Origin: Opitutus sp. GAS368
GTDB lineage: Bacteria; Verrucomicrobiota; Verrucomicrobiia; Opitutales; Opitutaceae
Length of the DNA stretch: 64,000 bases
Direction: 5' to 3'
NCBI GenBank assembly: GCA_945861645.1
Contig: CAMAVZ010000007.1
Location: forward strand, 8,862 to 72,861
Shown: piece after piece, positions 49,669 through 60,767 of the stretch
Position numbering within the stretch: position 1 is the first letter of the stretch
Layout: the number at the start of each line of letters is the position of its first letter
The notes under the pieces: generated by a model
The model's input: only the letters and a program-made list of their open reading frames with translations
Told to the model about the DNA's origin: nothing
Databases searched by the model: none
Made by a program: the position numbers and the translations under genes

Positions 49669-50634
49669 TTACTCGCCGTCGTCATCGACGCGCGGCATCT
49701 TGCCGCCTTCCTCTTCAGTACCGTCACCAAATAAACCGCCGCGTTCGACGGAGCGGTGGGAGTGGCGTTCGACCTGTTTCTTGGCTTCGGCTGAGTAGCG
49801 GGTGAAGGGGACCGCTAGCAGACGATCTTTAGCAATCGGCTTCAAAGTGGTTTCACAAATGCCGTAGGTGCCCGCGTGGACTCGCTTGATGGCCGCCTCA
49901 ATTTCAGCGAGGGCCTCTTGTTCATTGGAGACCAAGCTGAGTGCGAAGTCGCGATCGAAGGTATCGGTTCCGGCATCCGCCATATGTTGGCCGTAACCGG
50001 ATAAATCACCCGAATCATCTTTGGAAGATTTCAGCAGGGTTTCCTCGGTGTGTTCACCAAGTTGCACCAGCACATGGAGCCGCAGGGCTAAGAGTAGGCG
50101 ATAGTAGCGCCGGTACTTGTCGGGCACATCTTTCTCGTCGATCATGGCCGCGCGGGGTTTACCTTTTTTTGGGTTGAAGCCTAAAATATCAGCAAGCGAT
50201 GCCGCCTTTACATGGTTCGGTTTGCGCGGTTTAGCGGGATGATTTAAGGTTCCCGTGTTTCCCGCCTGCTTGGCCGTTTCGCTCGATTTGGTGCTCTTGC
50301 CTGCTTTGGCGGTGCTCTCAATTTGGTGCTCATTCTTTTTAGCAATTTCGCGAACCTCATCGAGGCTGAACGCGATGGCCTTCGGCGCGACCTTCCGCTC
50401 GAGCATCATGCGCTTCAATTCGGTCGCATTGGCGGTCGGCTTATTTCCCTTCGCTTGAGCGAGCACTTTCTTGCTGGCCACGAGGGGAGGCTTAACCGCC
50501 GGTTTTGGCGGGGTAACCTTGGCGGCGAGCTTAGCTGATTTCTGCGGCAGCTTTTTTGCCGCAGATGGCTTTACTTTGGCCGCGACGGTTTTTTTAGCGA
50601 ATTTTTTAATCGGGAGCTTTTTCTTGGTAGCCAT
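49669..50634 (-). CDS. DksA/TraR family protein with a Lys/Ala-rich N-terminal extension
   Basis: HMADAGTD coiled-coil tip; GTYGICETT..IAKDRLLAVPFTRYS; lies between ileS and lspA. Confidence 0.88.
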   Translation of the reverse strand: MATKKKLPIKKFAKKTVAAKVKPSAAKKLPQKSAKLAAKVTPPKPAVKPPLVASKKVLAQAKGNKPTANATELKRMMLERKVAPKAIAFSLDEVREIAKKNEHQIESTAKAGKSTKSSETAKQAGNTGTLNHPAKPRKPNHVKAASLADILGFNPKKGKPRAAMIDEKDVPDKYRRYYRLLLALRLHVLVQLGEHTEETLLKSSKDDSGDLSGYGQHMADAGTDTFDRDFALSLVSNEQEALAEIEAAIKRVHAGTYGICETTLKPIAKDRLLAVPFTRYSAEAKKQVERHSHRSVERGGLFGDGTEEEGGKMPRVDDDGE

Positions 50635-50646
50635 AAAGGGAGTGAG

Positions 50647-53496
50647 TTAAGATTGAAGGGCCTCAGTGCAGCGCGGGCAAATTTCTCCCCCAGCGGAGGG
50701 GGTTAGAGAGGCCACCCATCGCCAGCAGCGCGGGCAGCGAACTAAACCGTCTTCTCGCGCATGTCGAGCGGTGAGGTTTAAGCTGCTGGCGGCTTGCGGG
50801 GCTAGGGTAACGTGGGAAACAATGAATAATTCCGGGAGAAAGCTCCGGTGCTTCTCGGCAACAACCAAACAAAGATCGTCTGGGGCACTGGTCACCGTCA
50901 GGACCGCATCCAGCGCTTTGCCGATCGTGCCGGCTTGGCGCAGGGGTTCGAGCGTCTCGTTCACCTTGGTGCGGAGCTGTAATAAAGTGTTCATGTCCGA
51001 CTCGATGCCGGCCTCGCGCCAGCCGACTGGAATCGTCGGCCAGTCCTGCAAGTGAATGGAATCGGGCGAGAATTCCTGCCCCGTGGTGCCGAAATTCCAA
51101 GCTTCGTCAGCGGTGAAGGGGAGGAAGGGCGCCAGCAGCTTCACGAGACTTTGAAAAATATGGTGGAGGGCGGTTTGCGCTGAGCGCCGCAAGGGATGGT
51201 TAGTGCCGAGCGTGTACAAACGATCCTTCAGCACGTCGTGATAAGTGGCGGAGAGAGTTACCGCACAAAATTGATTACAAAGTTGGTAGACGCGGTGAAA
51301 TTCATAGGCGTCGTAAGCTTTCGTGCATTCAGCAATCAGCCCAGCGGTTTGGTGGAGCGCCCAGCGATCCAGAAGATTCATTTGCGCGAGAGGAACAGCA
51401 TTCAGGTCCGCGGCAAAGTCGAAGAGGTTAGAGAGCTGAAAACGAAAAGTATTCCGGAATAGCCGATAGGCTTCGCCGACATTTTTTAGGATTTCGTCAT
51501 CAACGGGAATATCATCACGGAAATCCTGCGAGGCAATCCAGAGCCGAATGACATCGGCGCCATGCTGCGCGATATAAGCATCTGCGGTCTGAGGTTTTTG
51601 ATAGGTGCTGCTCTTCGAAATTTTTTGCCGATCTTTGTCGACGATAAAGCCGTGGGTGAGCACTGCCTTGTAGGGTGCGCCGCCCCACGCAATCACGCTG
51701 CACCAGAGTGAGGATTGAAACCAACCGCGGTGTTGGTCGCTGCCTTCGAGGTAAAGATCGGCCGGCCACTGGGTGCCGCCTTGGCCACGTTTAAGCACGG
51801 CGGATTGGGTTGAACCAGAGTCAATCCAGACATCTAAGGTATCGCGCCCGCAGCTCAGTTCACTGGGCACCGGCCAAGTTGCCGGGAGCGTCACCCCTTC
51901 AAGAATCTGCGCGGGGGTGGCATCGTACCAAAAATTGGTTCCCCGTTGGGCGACTTTGGCGGCGACGGCTCGCGCGACGCCGGCATCGAGAAAAGCTTTT
52001 TTGTGGGCATCGTAGAATGCGGGAATCGGCACGCCCCACGAGCGTTGGCGGCTGATGCACCAGTCGGGTCGTGACTCGACGGCGCCGCGAATGCGGGCTT
52101 CGCCCCAAGCGGGAATCCAGCCTTGGGCGGCCGCAATCTTGGTGATTTCTGCCAGCGCAGTTTGCCGCATGTTGTTTTTATCGAGTGAAACAAACCATTG
52201 ATCGACGGCGCGGAAAATAATGGGCGTCTTGGAGCGCCAGCAATGCGGGTAACTGTGAGGGTATTTTACTTTAGCTAAGAGCGCGCCGGCGGCCGCGAGT
52301 TTTTTAAGTACGCCAAGATTAGCGGGGGCGGGACGTTTCGCGGCGAGATCCTCGACCGTTTCAAGGGTGGTTAGGCCCACTAAATCGGCGGGGACCTTGC
52401 CGTCGTCGAGGTATTTGCCGTCATCACCAACGGGGCAGTAAATTTCTAATTTGTATTTCAGTCCCGTCAGATAGTCATCCGCGCCATGGCCCGGGGCAGT
52501 GTGCACCGCACCCGTGCCGCTTTCGGTGGTGACGTAGTCGGCGAGGACGATGGGTGAGGCGCGATCGATGAAGGGATGGCGCGGTTGCAGGTGCTCAAGT
52601 TTGGCCCCAGGTATGGTCAGCACGACCGTGGGAGTGGGCTCAATTTTAGCGGCGGCCGCGACCGCGCTGAGGAGCGCGGCGGCGACGATCAGGCGTTCGG
52701 TCCCCGTATCTGCCACGACGTAGTCAACGTCCGGATGCAGGGCGATCGCCATATTTGCGGGGATCGTCCATGGGGTGGTCGTCCAGATAACGACGAAGAG
52801 TGGTTTGTCGGTCGGCAGGCCGAATTTTGTCGCTTCGGCGGTCGGGACAGAAAATTTTACCCAAATGGCAATCGAGGTGTGATCTTTATATTCGATCTCA
52901 GCTTCCGCTAACGCTGTTTCAAAGGGAATGGACCAATAGACGGGTTTTTTGCTGCGGTAGACGAGCCCTTGTTCGATGAACGCCGCAAACGTACGCATGA
53001 TGTCCGCTTCAAAAGCGGGGGCCTTAGTCTTGTACTCGTTTTGCCAATCAGCGAGTACGCCCATGCGTTTGAACTGCGCGGTCTGTTTAGCGATCCAGCT
53101 TTCCGAAAATGCATCGCATTGCGCGCGCAACTCAGCCGTCGTGACGGTCTGTTTTTTTTCCTGAAATTCGCGGGCAACTTTTTGCTCAATCGGTAGGCCA
53201 TGACAATCCCAGCCCGGCACGTACGGCGTGCGAAAGCCGCGCATGGATTTATAGCGATTAACGATATCCTTGAGGGTTTTATTGAGGGCGGTGCCGATGT
53301 GGACGTCCCCGTTAGTAAAAGGCGGGCCGTCGTGGAGAATAAAAGCAGGGGCCGCGGCGCGCTTGGCTTGGATCGCTTGGTAAAGACCGTTTTTTTCCCA
53401 GTAGGCCACCCGCGCTGGTTCACGCTGCACCAGATTGGCCCGCATGGGGAAATCAGTTTTCGGTAGCAGGAGAGTGTCTTTGAGATCTTGCGCCAT
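50647..53496 (-). CDS. ileS: Isoleucine--tRNA ligase (type 1)
   Basis: LHDGPPF, GWDCHGLPIE, WTTTPWT, DWCISRQR.WG, EGSDQHRGWF, C-terminal CPRCWR..CPRC zinc finger. Confidence 0.96.
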   Translation of the reverse strand: MAQDLKDTLLLPKTDFPMRANLVQREPARVAYWEKNGLYQAIQAKRAAAPAFILHDGPPFTNGDVHIGTALNKTLKDIVNRYKSMRGFRTPYVPGWDCHGLPIEQKVAREFQEKKQTVTTAELRAQCDAFSESWIAKQTAQFKRMGVLADWQNEYKTKAPAFEADIMRTFAAFIEQGLVYRSKKPVYWSIPFETALAEAEIEYKDHTSIAIWVKFSVPTAEATKFGLPTDKPLFVVIWTTTPWTIPANMAIALHPDVDYVVADTGTERLIVAAALLSAVAAAAKIEPTPTVVLTIPGAKLEHLQPRHPFIDRASPIVLADYVTTESGTGAVHTAPGHGADDYLTGLKYKLEIYCPVGDDGKYLDDGKVPADLVGLTTLETVEDLAAKRPAPANLGVLKKLAAAGALLAKVKYPHSYPHCWRSKTPIIFRAVDQWFVSLDKNNMRQTALAEITKIAAAQGWIPAWGEARIRGAVESRPDWCISRQRSWGVPIPAFYDAHKKAFLDAGVARAVAAKVAQRGTNFWYDATPAQILEGVTLPATWPVPSELSCGRDTLDVWIDSGSTQSAVLKRGQGGTQWPADLYLEGSDQHRGWFQSSLWCSVIAWGGAPYKAVLTHGFIVDKDRQKISKSSTYQKPQTADAYIAQHGADVIRLWIASQDFRDDIPVDDEILKNVGEAYRLFRNTFRFQLSNLFDFAADLNAVPLAQMNLLDRWALHQTAGLIAECTKAYDAYEFHRVYQLCNQFCAVTLSATYHDVLKDRLYTLGTNHPLRRSAQTALHHIFQSLVKLLAPFLPFTADEAWNFGTTGQEFSPDSIHLQDWPTIPVGWREAGIESDMNTLLQLRTKVNETLEPLRQAGTIGKALDAVLTVTSAPDDLCLVVAEKHRSFLPELFIVSHVTLAPQAASSLNLTARHAREDGLVRCPRCWRWVASLTPSAGGEICPRCTEALQS

Positions 53497-53570
53497 AGGA
53501 ATAAAGGCGCGGGAGGCTACCCAACCAAGGGGGGTAGTCAAGTGGCTAGACGGAGCTCTCTAAAAAGCGC

Positions 53571-54953
53571 TTATTTTGACAGAAAATCGATGGCTTTTTT
53601 GGCCATTTTTTCACCGGATTTAAGGCAATCTTGGAGCGAAATCCCGTCGCGAACGTTGCCGCCAATGAAAAGACCGGCATGGGCCGCTTCGATTTGGTCG
53701 AGGGTACTCAGATAGCGTTCATAACCGAGGCTATACTGGGGGATAGCCCGAGGCCAGTAGGTGTGTTTGACGAATTGGGGCGGAGTGGTAATCCCCACGA
53801 GCTCTCGTAAATCTAGGCCGATGCGAGCGAGGAGCTCGTCGGTGGTGAGTTGCGCGATGTCTGGTTGACGCAAGCCACCCGCAAAGACGGTTAGTCCGAT
53901 ATGGCCAGCGGGGGCGCGTGCGGGGAAGAGGGTCGAAGAAAATAAAATGCCGAGCACAGAGCGATGTTCGACGGCCGGCACGAGCCCACCGAAGCCGTCC
54001 AACGCATGGCCCACTTGTTCGCGTCGGTAGCCGAGAAAGAGCGACGAAACTGGGGGTTGCGTAATCTCGCTGAGGAGGGCGAGGGGGCGTGCCGTCGCCG
54101 ATCCAAAGGAGAGTTGCGCCAAGCTGGTGGCGGGCAGGGCGAGGAGCACGAGATCAAATTCCGCCGTGTGGGCTGCGCCCAATTGCTGCCAATTGAGCCG
54201 GTGGGGCCGACCGGGTTGGATGGACTCGAGGGTTGCGTTAAGGTGGATTGCGCCCGCCGGTAACTTTGCCGCGAGGGTGTCGGTGAGGGTTTGTAGTCCC
54301 CCTGTGAAAGAAACGATGGGCGCCGACCCTGATTCACCGCGGGCCTTTTTGGCCTTAGCGTTGGCCAGCATACCGCGGAGCAGGGAACCGTGGGAGCGTT
54401 CGGCCTCCCACAAAGCGGGAAAGGCGTGGCGAGCGGAGAGCTTTTCCGGATCCCCCGCGTAAATACCGGCGATTAGTGGGTTGAGGGCGTAGTCGACCAA
54501 TTCTTGCGTAAAATGTGAACGCACTAATTCCGCCAAACTCACATCAGTCGGCCGCACCCGAGCGCGGCTGAGCATTTCAGAGAAAATTGCACATTTCGTG
54601 CGAAAGGAAAATAGGGGCGTGCGGAAAAAAGAAAGAGGCGACATCGGCACGGGGACAAATTTCCCGCCGCGCACAATAAATCGTTTTTTAGCGACGGCGT
54701 TGGCGATTTGTAGATCGGATTCAAGACCGACATCTTTGATTAATTGGCGGACCTCACTGGCGCCCAATCGGAGAGAGTTCGGGCCGCCCTCGATCACATA
54801 GCCGTTCTCGCGCAGCGTTCGGATCGCGCCCCCCGTTTGGGGCGATTGTTCCAATACTTTTACGGCATAACCCCGTTGGCTTAATCGGTAAGCCGCGGTG
54901 AGGCCGGTGAGGCCGGCTCCGATAATCGCAATCGTGGGTGAGGCGGATGACAC
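53571..54953 (-). CDS. hemY: FAD-dependent protoporphyrinogen oxidase (HemY type)
   Basis: IIGAGLTGL, EGGPNS, GIYAGDP..LS, AIPQY; operon with hemE and hemF. Confidence 0.9.
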   Translation of the reverse strand: MSSASPTIAIIGAGLTGLTAAYRLSQRGYAVKVLEQSPQTGGAIRTLRENGYVIEGGPNSLRLGASEVRQLIKDVGLESDLQIANAVAKKRFIVRGGKFVPVPMSPLSFFRTPLFSFRTKCAIFSEMLSRARVRPTDVSLAELVRSHFTQELVDYALNPLIAGIYAGDPEKLSARHAFPALWEAERSHGSLLRGMLANAKAKKARGESGSAPIVSFTGGLQTLTDTLAAKLPAGAIHLNATLESIQPGRPHRLNWQQLGAAHTAEFDLVLLALPATSLAQLSFGSATARPLALLSEITQPPVSSLFLGYRREQVGHALDGFGGLVPAVEHRSVLGILFSSTLFPARAPAGHIGLTVFAGGLRQPDIAQLTTDELLARIGLDLRELVGITTPPQFVKHTYWPRAIPQYSLGYERYLSTLDQIEAAHAGLFIGGNVRDGISLQDCLKSGEKMAKKAIDFLSK

Positions 54954-55030
54954 AGTGATGGTGAGTGGATTGGATTATACGCAGAGATCAGATGACTGGA
55001 TGCGCATAGCTTACCCGTTACTGCGCCCAG

Positions 55031-56056
55031 TTATTGCCAATCGGTCACCGTTGCAACTAGCGCTTCCATGCACTCAATCTTGGCTTGTGGCATGATCCCG
55101 TGACCGAGATTGAAGATATGGCCGCGCGTGCCGCGCATGGTGTTTAACAAACGGAAGGTTTCGCGGCGGACGATCTCCGGCGTGGTGTTGAGTAGCACGG
55201 GGTCAAGGTTACCTTGGAGGGCGACGTTACTCGGCAAAAGTTTGCGCGCGACTCCCAGATCAATGGTCCAATCGACGCCGAGGACGCTGGCGCCGCTGAA
55301 GGCCTGATCGGTAAGTTGGGCCGGAGTGCCTTTGGCATAGAGGATCACGGGAAACCCCTTCGGCAGCGCTGCAATAATGGTGCGAATCCAACGGAGGGAG
55401 GCCGCTTCGTAATCTTGGCCCGCGAGCATTCCGCCCCAAGAGTCAAAAATCTGAATCGCATCAACACCCGCTCGGATTTGCATTTTAAAATAATCGATGA
55501 GCGCCGCCGTTAATTTTTCCATCAGCGCCTCGAAAAATGCGCGGTCTGAATAAAAAATGGTTTTGCTGCGCTCGAAATTGTCCGCACTGCCGCCTTCGAG
55601 CATGTACGTCGCGAGAGTCCAAGGGGAACCGCCAAAGCCCAAGAGGGCTTTTTCTCCTTTGAGTTCCGCTTTGACGCGCTCCAAGGCTTGGCCGACGTAA
55701 GCGAGGCGCTGGGTCACGCCCGTGCTATCGAGGCGAGCGAGCTGAGTGCTATCATCGAGCCGAAAATCCATCGCGATTCCCCCCGCATCGCGAAATTTGT
55801 ACCCTTGGCCCATCGCCTCAGGAATAACGAGGATGTCAGAAAAAATAATAGCGGCATCGAGCGCGAAACGGCGGAGCGGTTGCAAAGTCACTTCCGCGGC
55901 CAGTTCTGGCGTTTTGACCATCTCCAAGAATGACGACTTCGCCTTCAGTGCTCGGTACTCAGGTAAATAGCGGCCGGCTTGGCGCATGATCCAGACTGGT
56001 GGTCGGTCGAGAGGCCGGCAGGCAGCGGCGGCGAGGAAACGTTCGCGGGAATTCAT
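55031..56056 (-). CDS. hemE: Uroporphyrinogen decarboxylase
   Basis: PVWIMRQAGRYLPEYR, AAIIFSDIL, QIFDSW, QGNLDP, IFNLGHG. Confidence 0.97.
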   Translation of the reverse strand: MNSRERFLAAAACRPLDRPPVWIMRQAGRYLPEYRALKAKSSFLEMVKTPELAAEVTLQPLRRFALDAAIIFSDILVIPEAMGQGYKFRDAGGIAMDFRLDDSTQLARLDSTGVTQRLAYVGQALERVKAELKGEKALLGFGGSPWTLATYMLEGGSADNFERSKTIFYSDRAFFEALMEKLTAALIDYFKMQIRAGVDAIQIFDSWGGMLAGQDYEAASLRWIRTIIAALPKGFPVILYAKGTPAQLTDQAFSGASVLGVDWTIDLGVARKLLPSNVALQGNLDPVLLNTTPEIVRRETFRLLNTMRGTRGHIFNLGHGIMPQAKIECMEALVATVTDWQ

Positions 56057-56087
56057 GATTTTTTTTACTGGAGGGCCGTGGTGAAAA

Positions 56088-57062
<975 letters not shown>

Positions 57063-57195
57063 TTAATCGTCCTTTAGTCGCACGCAGTCTTCGATAAAGA
57101 TTTCCTACGGCTTGACGCATCTGCTAGAGTGGCTCTGCTTGACCTGTTCACGCGCTGCGCGTTGGGGTCAATTTGCCCTCTCTATTTATTGTAGC

Positions 57196-57921
57196 ATGAA
57201 TTCCGCTGTCTTAACCACGATTGCCGCCACCGGGTTTACGGTCGCATTTTTTCATGCGGCGATCCCGACCCACTGGCTGCCTTTTGTCTTGGTGTCACGC
57301 GCCCGTCGTTGGAGTAGAGGTAAGACATTTGCGGTCGCGATTTTCGCGGGGTTAGGGCACGTCGCGCTTACGAGTCTCTTGGGGCTTGGGGTGGCTTGGT
57401 TCGGCTTTAAACTTGATGAGCAAGTGGAGCAGCTATTTCCGCTATTGGCAGGAGGTGTCTTGCTGGTGATTGGGGCCTTCTATTTTTGGCGACAATGGCG
57501 TGGCCGCGGAGTGTTGCATCATCATTTAGTTGGCGGGCAGCATCAAGAAAGTGCGACCTGCGGCCATGAAGTGAACCACAGCCATTGGGAGGATGAGCTC
57601 AAAGATAGCACCATGATTTCGGACCGCGCGAGTGATTGGTCTGCCATCAGTGGCCTTTTCATGATGCTGACACTTTCCCCCTGCGAAGGCTTTCTGCCCG
57701 TCTATTTGTCAGGAGTACAGTTCGGCTGGCGGGGGTTTTTCGTGCTCAGTGCGATTTTGGCTCTCGGGACGTTGGCGGGGATGCTTGCCTTTACTTGGCT
57801 GACTTTACTGGGTTTCGAGCGGTTCCGCCTGCAGCGGTTTGAGCGCTACGAAGCGGCCTTACTGGGGGCTATATTCACGGTTTTAGGGATTCTTTTGCTG
57901 GGCTTTCAGCACAGTCACTAA
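57196..57921 (+). CDS. His-rich integral membrane protein, NiCoT/RcnA/DsbD-like superfamily
   Basis: About 6 TM segments; FFHAAIPTHWLP (HX4xH), GLGHV, His-rich loop HHHLVGGQH..GHEVNHSH, LSPCEG. Confidence 0.7.
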   Translation: MNSAVLTTIAATGFTVAFFHAAIPTHWLPFVLVSRARRWSRGKTFAVAIFAGLGHVALTSLLGLGVAWFGFKLDEQVEQLFPLLAGGVLLVIGAFYFWRQWRGRGVLHHHLVGGQHQESATCGHEVNHSHWEDELKDSTMISDRASDWSAISGLFMMLTLSPCEGFLPVYLSGVQFGWRGFFVLSAILALGTLAGMLAFTWLTLLGFERFRLQRFERYEAALLGAIFTVLGILLLGFQHSH

Positions 57922-58031
57922 ACAAAATAAAGATAGCGGAACTGCCGCGGGCAGGCTGGGTCTTAATCAACAGGGTCGTGGTGCTGGTTCGCCTTTTTCC
58001 TTCCACTGAATACATTCTAATTAACTAATTT

Positions 58032-58982
58032 ATGAAAATAAATTTCCCGGTAGTTAAAATCGGAATATGCTTGGGGCTGATTTATTTTTTGGCCGGTTGT
58101 GTCGCCGTCAATCCGGCTACTGCCGCGTGGTCGCAAGCGGCCAATTATGAAATTAAGGTGGTGGAAGCTTCTCGGTCGTACCCGCTCACGGCGGAAGAGA
58201 ATCTGCAATTGCGTCAGTCCATCGTGGAATTTCTGCAAGCGAGAGGTGCCCTTCAGCCTGGCGCCTACTATGTGCGCGTGAATTTTCCGCCGGAGAGCGA
58301 GGGGGGAGTGGGGGAGTATATGGTAGTCCAACTCACCGTGATCCCTACCACCACGACTTACACCTATTTACCTTCTTACTCGGCGGGCGGTTCGTTGGCC
58401 TATGAACCGTATGATCCCCTTTATTTTAATTCGCTCTACTCGAGTTCCCCCTACTATCAGCAATTTGATTATCGCGCTGGTCACTATTATCCCACCTATC
58501 CGCGATATTCTGGTAGGCCGCGCTTACCTCAAAGAAAACTAGAGCCGCAGCATTTTCCTGATCATCGGAGAAAGCCTGAGGAACGGCCCGAGCCTCAGGA
58601 TCAGAACTCACCGCCAGCCAGGCGTCATGCTGATCATGATCGCTCGCCTCCGGCCACTAATCCTTCATCCCCCGAAGCAACGCGAACCCGGCCTGATGGC
58701 GCCTCGGGGCGGTCGGCTAATCCGCCGGCGGATAATCGCAAAATAACTCGGCCGCCGGCACCGCGCGGGGACGCTGCGCCTCTCCCTCAATATAACCCGA
58801 CTCGTGGAAGAGCCGAGGAGGTCCCACCAGAAAGGCGTCGATCGGAGGTGCGCCCGCTGCCAACGGATAGATCGAGTGGGCCATCTTATTCTCTTCCGCC
58901 CCGCGCTCGTCCCGGCCCTGAGCCGGTGACACCCGCGGTGCGTGAGTCCGACAATGACGGTAAGAAGCAGCAGCAAAACTAA
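58032..58982 (+). CDS. Hypothetical lipoprotein with a Tyr-rich segment and a disordered Pro/Arg-rich tail
   Basis: Lipobox LAGC after a hydrophobic signal; low-complexity C-terminal half. Confidence 0.65.
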   Translation: MKINFPVVKIGICLGLIYFLAGCVAVNPATAAWSQAANYEIKVVEASRSYPLTAEENLQLRQSIVEFLQARGALQPGAYYVRVNFPPESEGGVGEYMVVQLTVIPTTTTYTYLPSYSAGGSLAYEPYDPLYFNSLYSSSPYYQQFDYRAGHYYPTYPRYSGRPRLPQRKLEPQHFPDHRRKPEERPEPQDQNSPPARRHADHDRSPPATNPSSPEATRTRPDGASGRSANPPADNRKITRPPAPRGDAAPLPQYNPTRGRAEEVPPERRRSEVRPLPTDRSSGPSYSLPPRARPGPEPVTPAVRESDNDGKKQQQN

Positions 58983-59040
58983 GCCCTCGAATTTAGTTTT
59001 CAGAATGGTCGCGACCGCGTTGGTGCCGTCGCCTTAGTGG

Positions 59041-60693
59041 TTAAATTTGCTCGAGTGTAAGCTCGTGCAACTGCAGCTCAGGATTTTTTTCTTTAAAATA
59101 GCGAAGCGTCCAGTCGTTAGGAAATAGGGCAATCGGTTGCTGGAATTTATCGGTGCCAAAGCTGACGCCGGTAGCGACGATCAGGCGCGTGAAGTCGAAG
59201 CTTTTTCCGGGCAGTGGCGCGATGCTAGGCGCGAAAGAAATCCAGCGCAGCAGCGTCCAAGGAGTGGGCGTGAGGCGTGATTCTGCATTGTATTCGGCTT
59301 TGAGGCGATATTCGACGACCTCAAATTGCAACGGACCCACGGCCGCCAGGAGCGTTGCCCCTGAAGGAGCGTTCTTGGCGGCGAAGGATTGCACGACACC
59401 TTCTTGCAGCAGTTGCTCAAGGCCGGCGCGAAACTTTTTGGAATCGGACGGATTGGGATTTGCGATATACGTGAAGACCTCGGGCGGGAAACGCGGGATT
59501 TCGTCAAAGGCGATGCTACGATCTTCCGTCAGGGTATCGCCAATGCCAAAGGAGTCGTGGCCGACTAGACCGATGACATCGCCGGGCCAAGCTTCGTCGA
59601 CCGTTTCCCGTTCTTGGCCAAATAGTTTATGCGAGGAGGAAAGGCGCACTTGTTTGCCGGTGCGTTGATGCGTAACGACCATGTCGCGTTCAAACTTGCC
59701 GGAGCAGATACGCAAAAAGGCAATGCGGTCCCGATGATTGGGATCCATATTGGCTTGGATCTTGAAGACAAAGCCGGAGAATTTTTCGCTCGTAACGGTC
59801 ACTTCGCGGGCGGTGGTGGTCGCCGCCATGCCGGGCACGGTGACGCTCACCGAAGTTCGCGGTGCGGGTGGCACGGAGTCTTTGAGGAAACCATCTAAGA
59901 GGAGTTGAATTCCGAAATTATTAACGGCGCTGCCGAAATAGACCGGCGTCTGTTGGCCCGCTTGAACGGCCTTGAGATCAAAGGCATGGCCGGCGCCATC
60001 GAGCATCGCGAGTTGTTCCTTAACTTCGTTGAAGGTGAAGTCGTCGAGTTTTCCGCGCACGGCCTCATCGTCGAGGGAGGTAACGTTGACGGGGGCTTGA
60101 TATTTGCCGCCCGGTACCCGTTCAAACAGATGTACTTCTTTCGAGCGGCGGTCATAGACACCTTTGAAAGACGGACCATTGCCGAGGGGCCAGATGATGG
60201 GTGAACATTGGAGGCCGAGCACGCTCTCGAGTTCATCGAGCAAGGCGAAAGCGTTGAGCGTCGGGCGATCGCACTTATTCATGAACGTAAAAATAGGCAC
60301 ACCACGGCGGCGACAAACTTCGAAAAGTTTACGGGTTTGTGCCTGCACGCCTTTGCCGGCGTCGATCACCATGAGGGCCGCGTCTACGGCGGTGAGGACG
60401 CGATAAGTATCTTCCGAAAAGTCTTTGTGTCCGGGGGTGTCGAGTAAGTTGACGGCGCAGCCCGCGTAATCGAATTGCAGGACCGTGGAGGAGATGGAAA
60501 TGCCGCGCTGCTTTTCCAATTCCATCCAGTCGGAAGCCGTGGCGCGTTGATTCTTGCGGGCCGTGACGGAGCCGGCGAGGTGGAGCGCGTTCCCGTACAG
60601 CAAGAATTTCTCGGTTAACGTCGTTTTGCCTGCGTCGGGGTGCGAGATAATCGCAAAAGTGCGACGGCGGGCGATTTCTTGGGCGGGAGACAT
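59041..60693 (-). CDS. prfC: Peptide chain release factor 3
   Basis: RRTFAIISHPDAGKTTLTEK, DTPGHKDFSEDTYR, FKIQANMDPNHRDR, GPLQFEV. Confidence 0.97.
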   Translation of the reverse strand: MSPAQEIARRRTFAIISHPDAGKTTLTEKFLLYGNALHLAGSVTARKNQRATASDWMELEKQRGISISSTVLQFDYAGCAVNLLDTPGHKDFSEDTYRVLTAVDAALMVIDAGKGVQAQTRKLFEVCRRRGVPIFTFMNKCDRPTLNAFALLDELESVLGLQCSPIIWPLGNGPSFKGVYDRRSKEVHLFERVPGGKYQAPVNVTSLDDEAVRGKLDDFTFNEVKEQLAMLDGAGHAFDLKAVQAGQQTPVYFGSAVNNFGIQLLLDGFLKDSVPPAPRTSVSVTVPGMAATTTAREVTVTSEKFSGFVFKIQANMDPNHRDRIAFLRICSGKFERDMVVTHQRTGKQVRLSSSHKLFGQERETVDEAWPGDVIGLVGHDSFGIGDTLTEDRSIAFDEIPRFPPEVFTYIANPNPSDSKKFRAGLEQLLQEGVVQSFAAKNAPSGATLLAAVGPLQFEVVEYRLKAEYNAESRLTPTPWTLLRWISFAPSIAPLPGKSFDFTRLIVATGVSFGTDKFQQPIALFPNDWTLRYFKEKNPELQLHELTLEQI

Positions 60694-60767
60694 AAAGGGC
60701 TAACGAATCAACACGAACGGGAGCTGAGGGGAAGTCCAGACTTTGGCCGACTTGCGTCCCGATGAGA

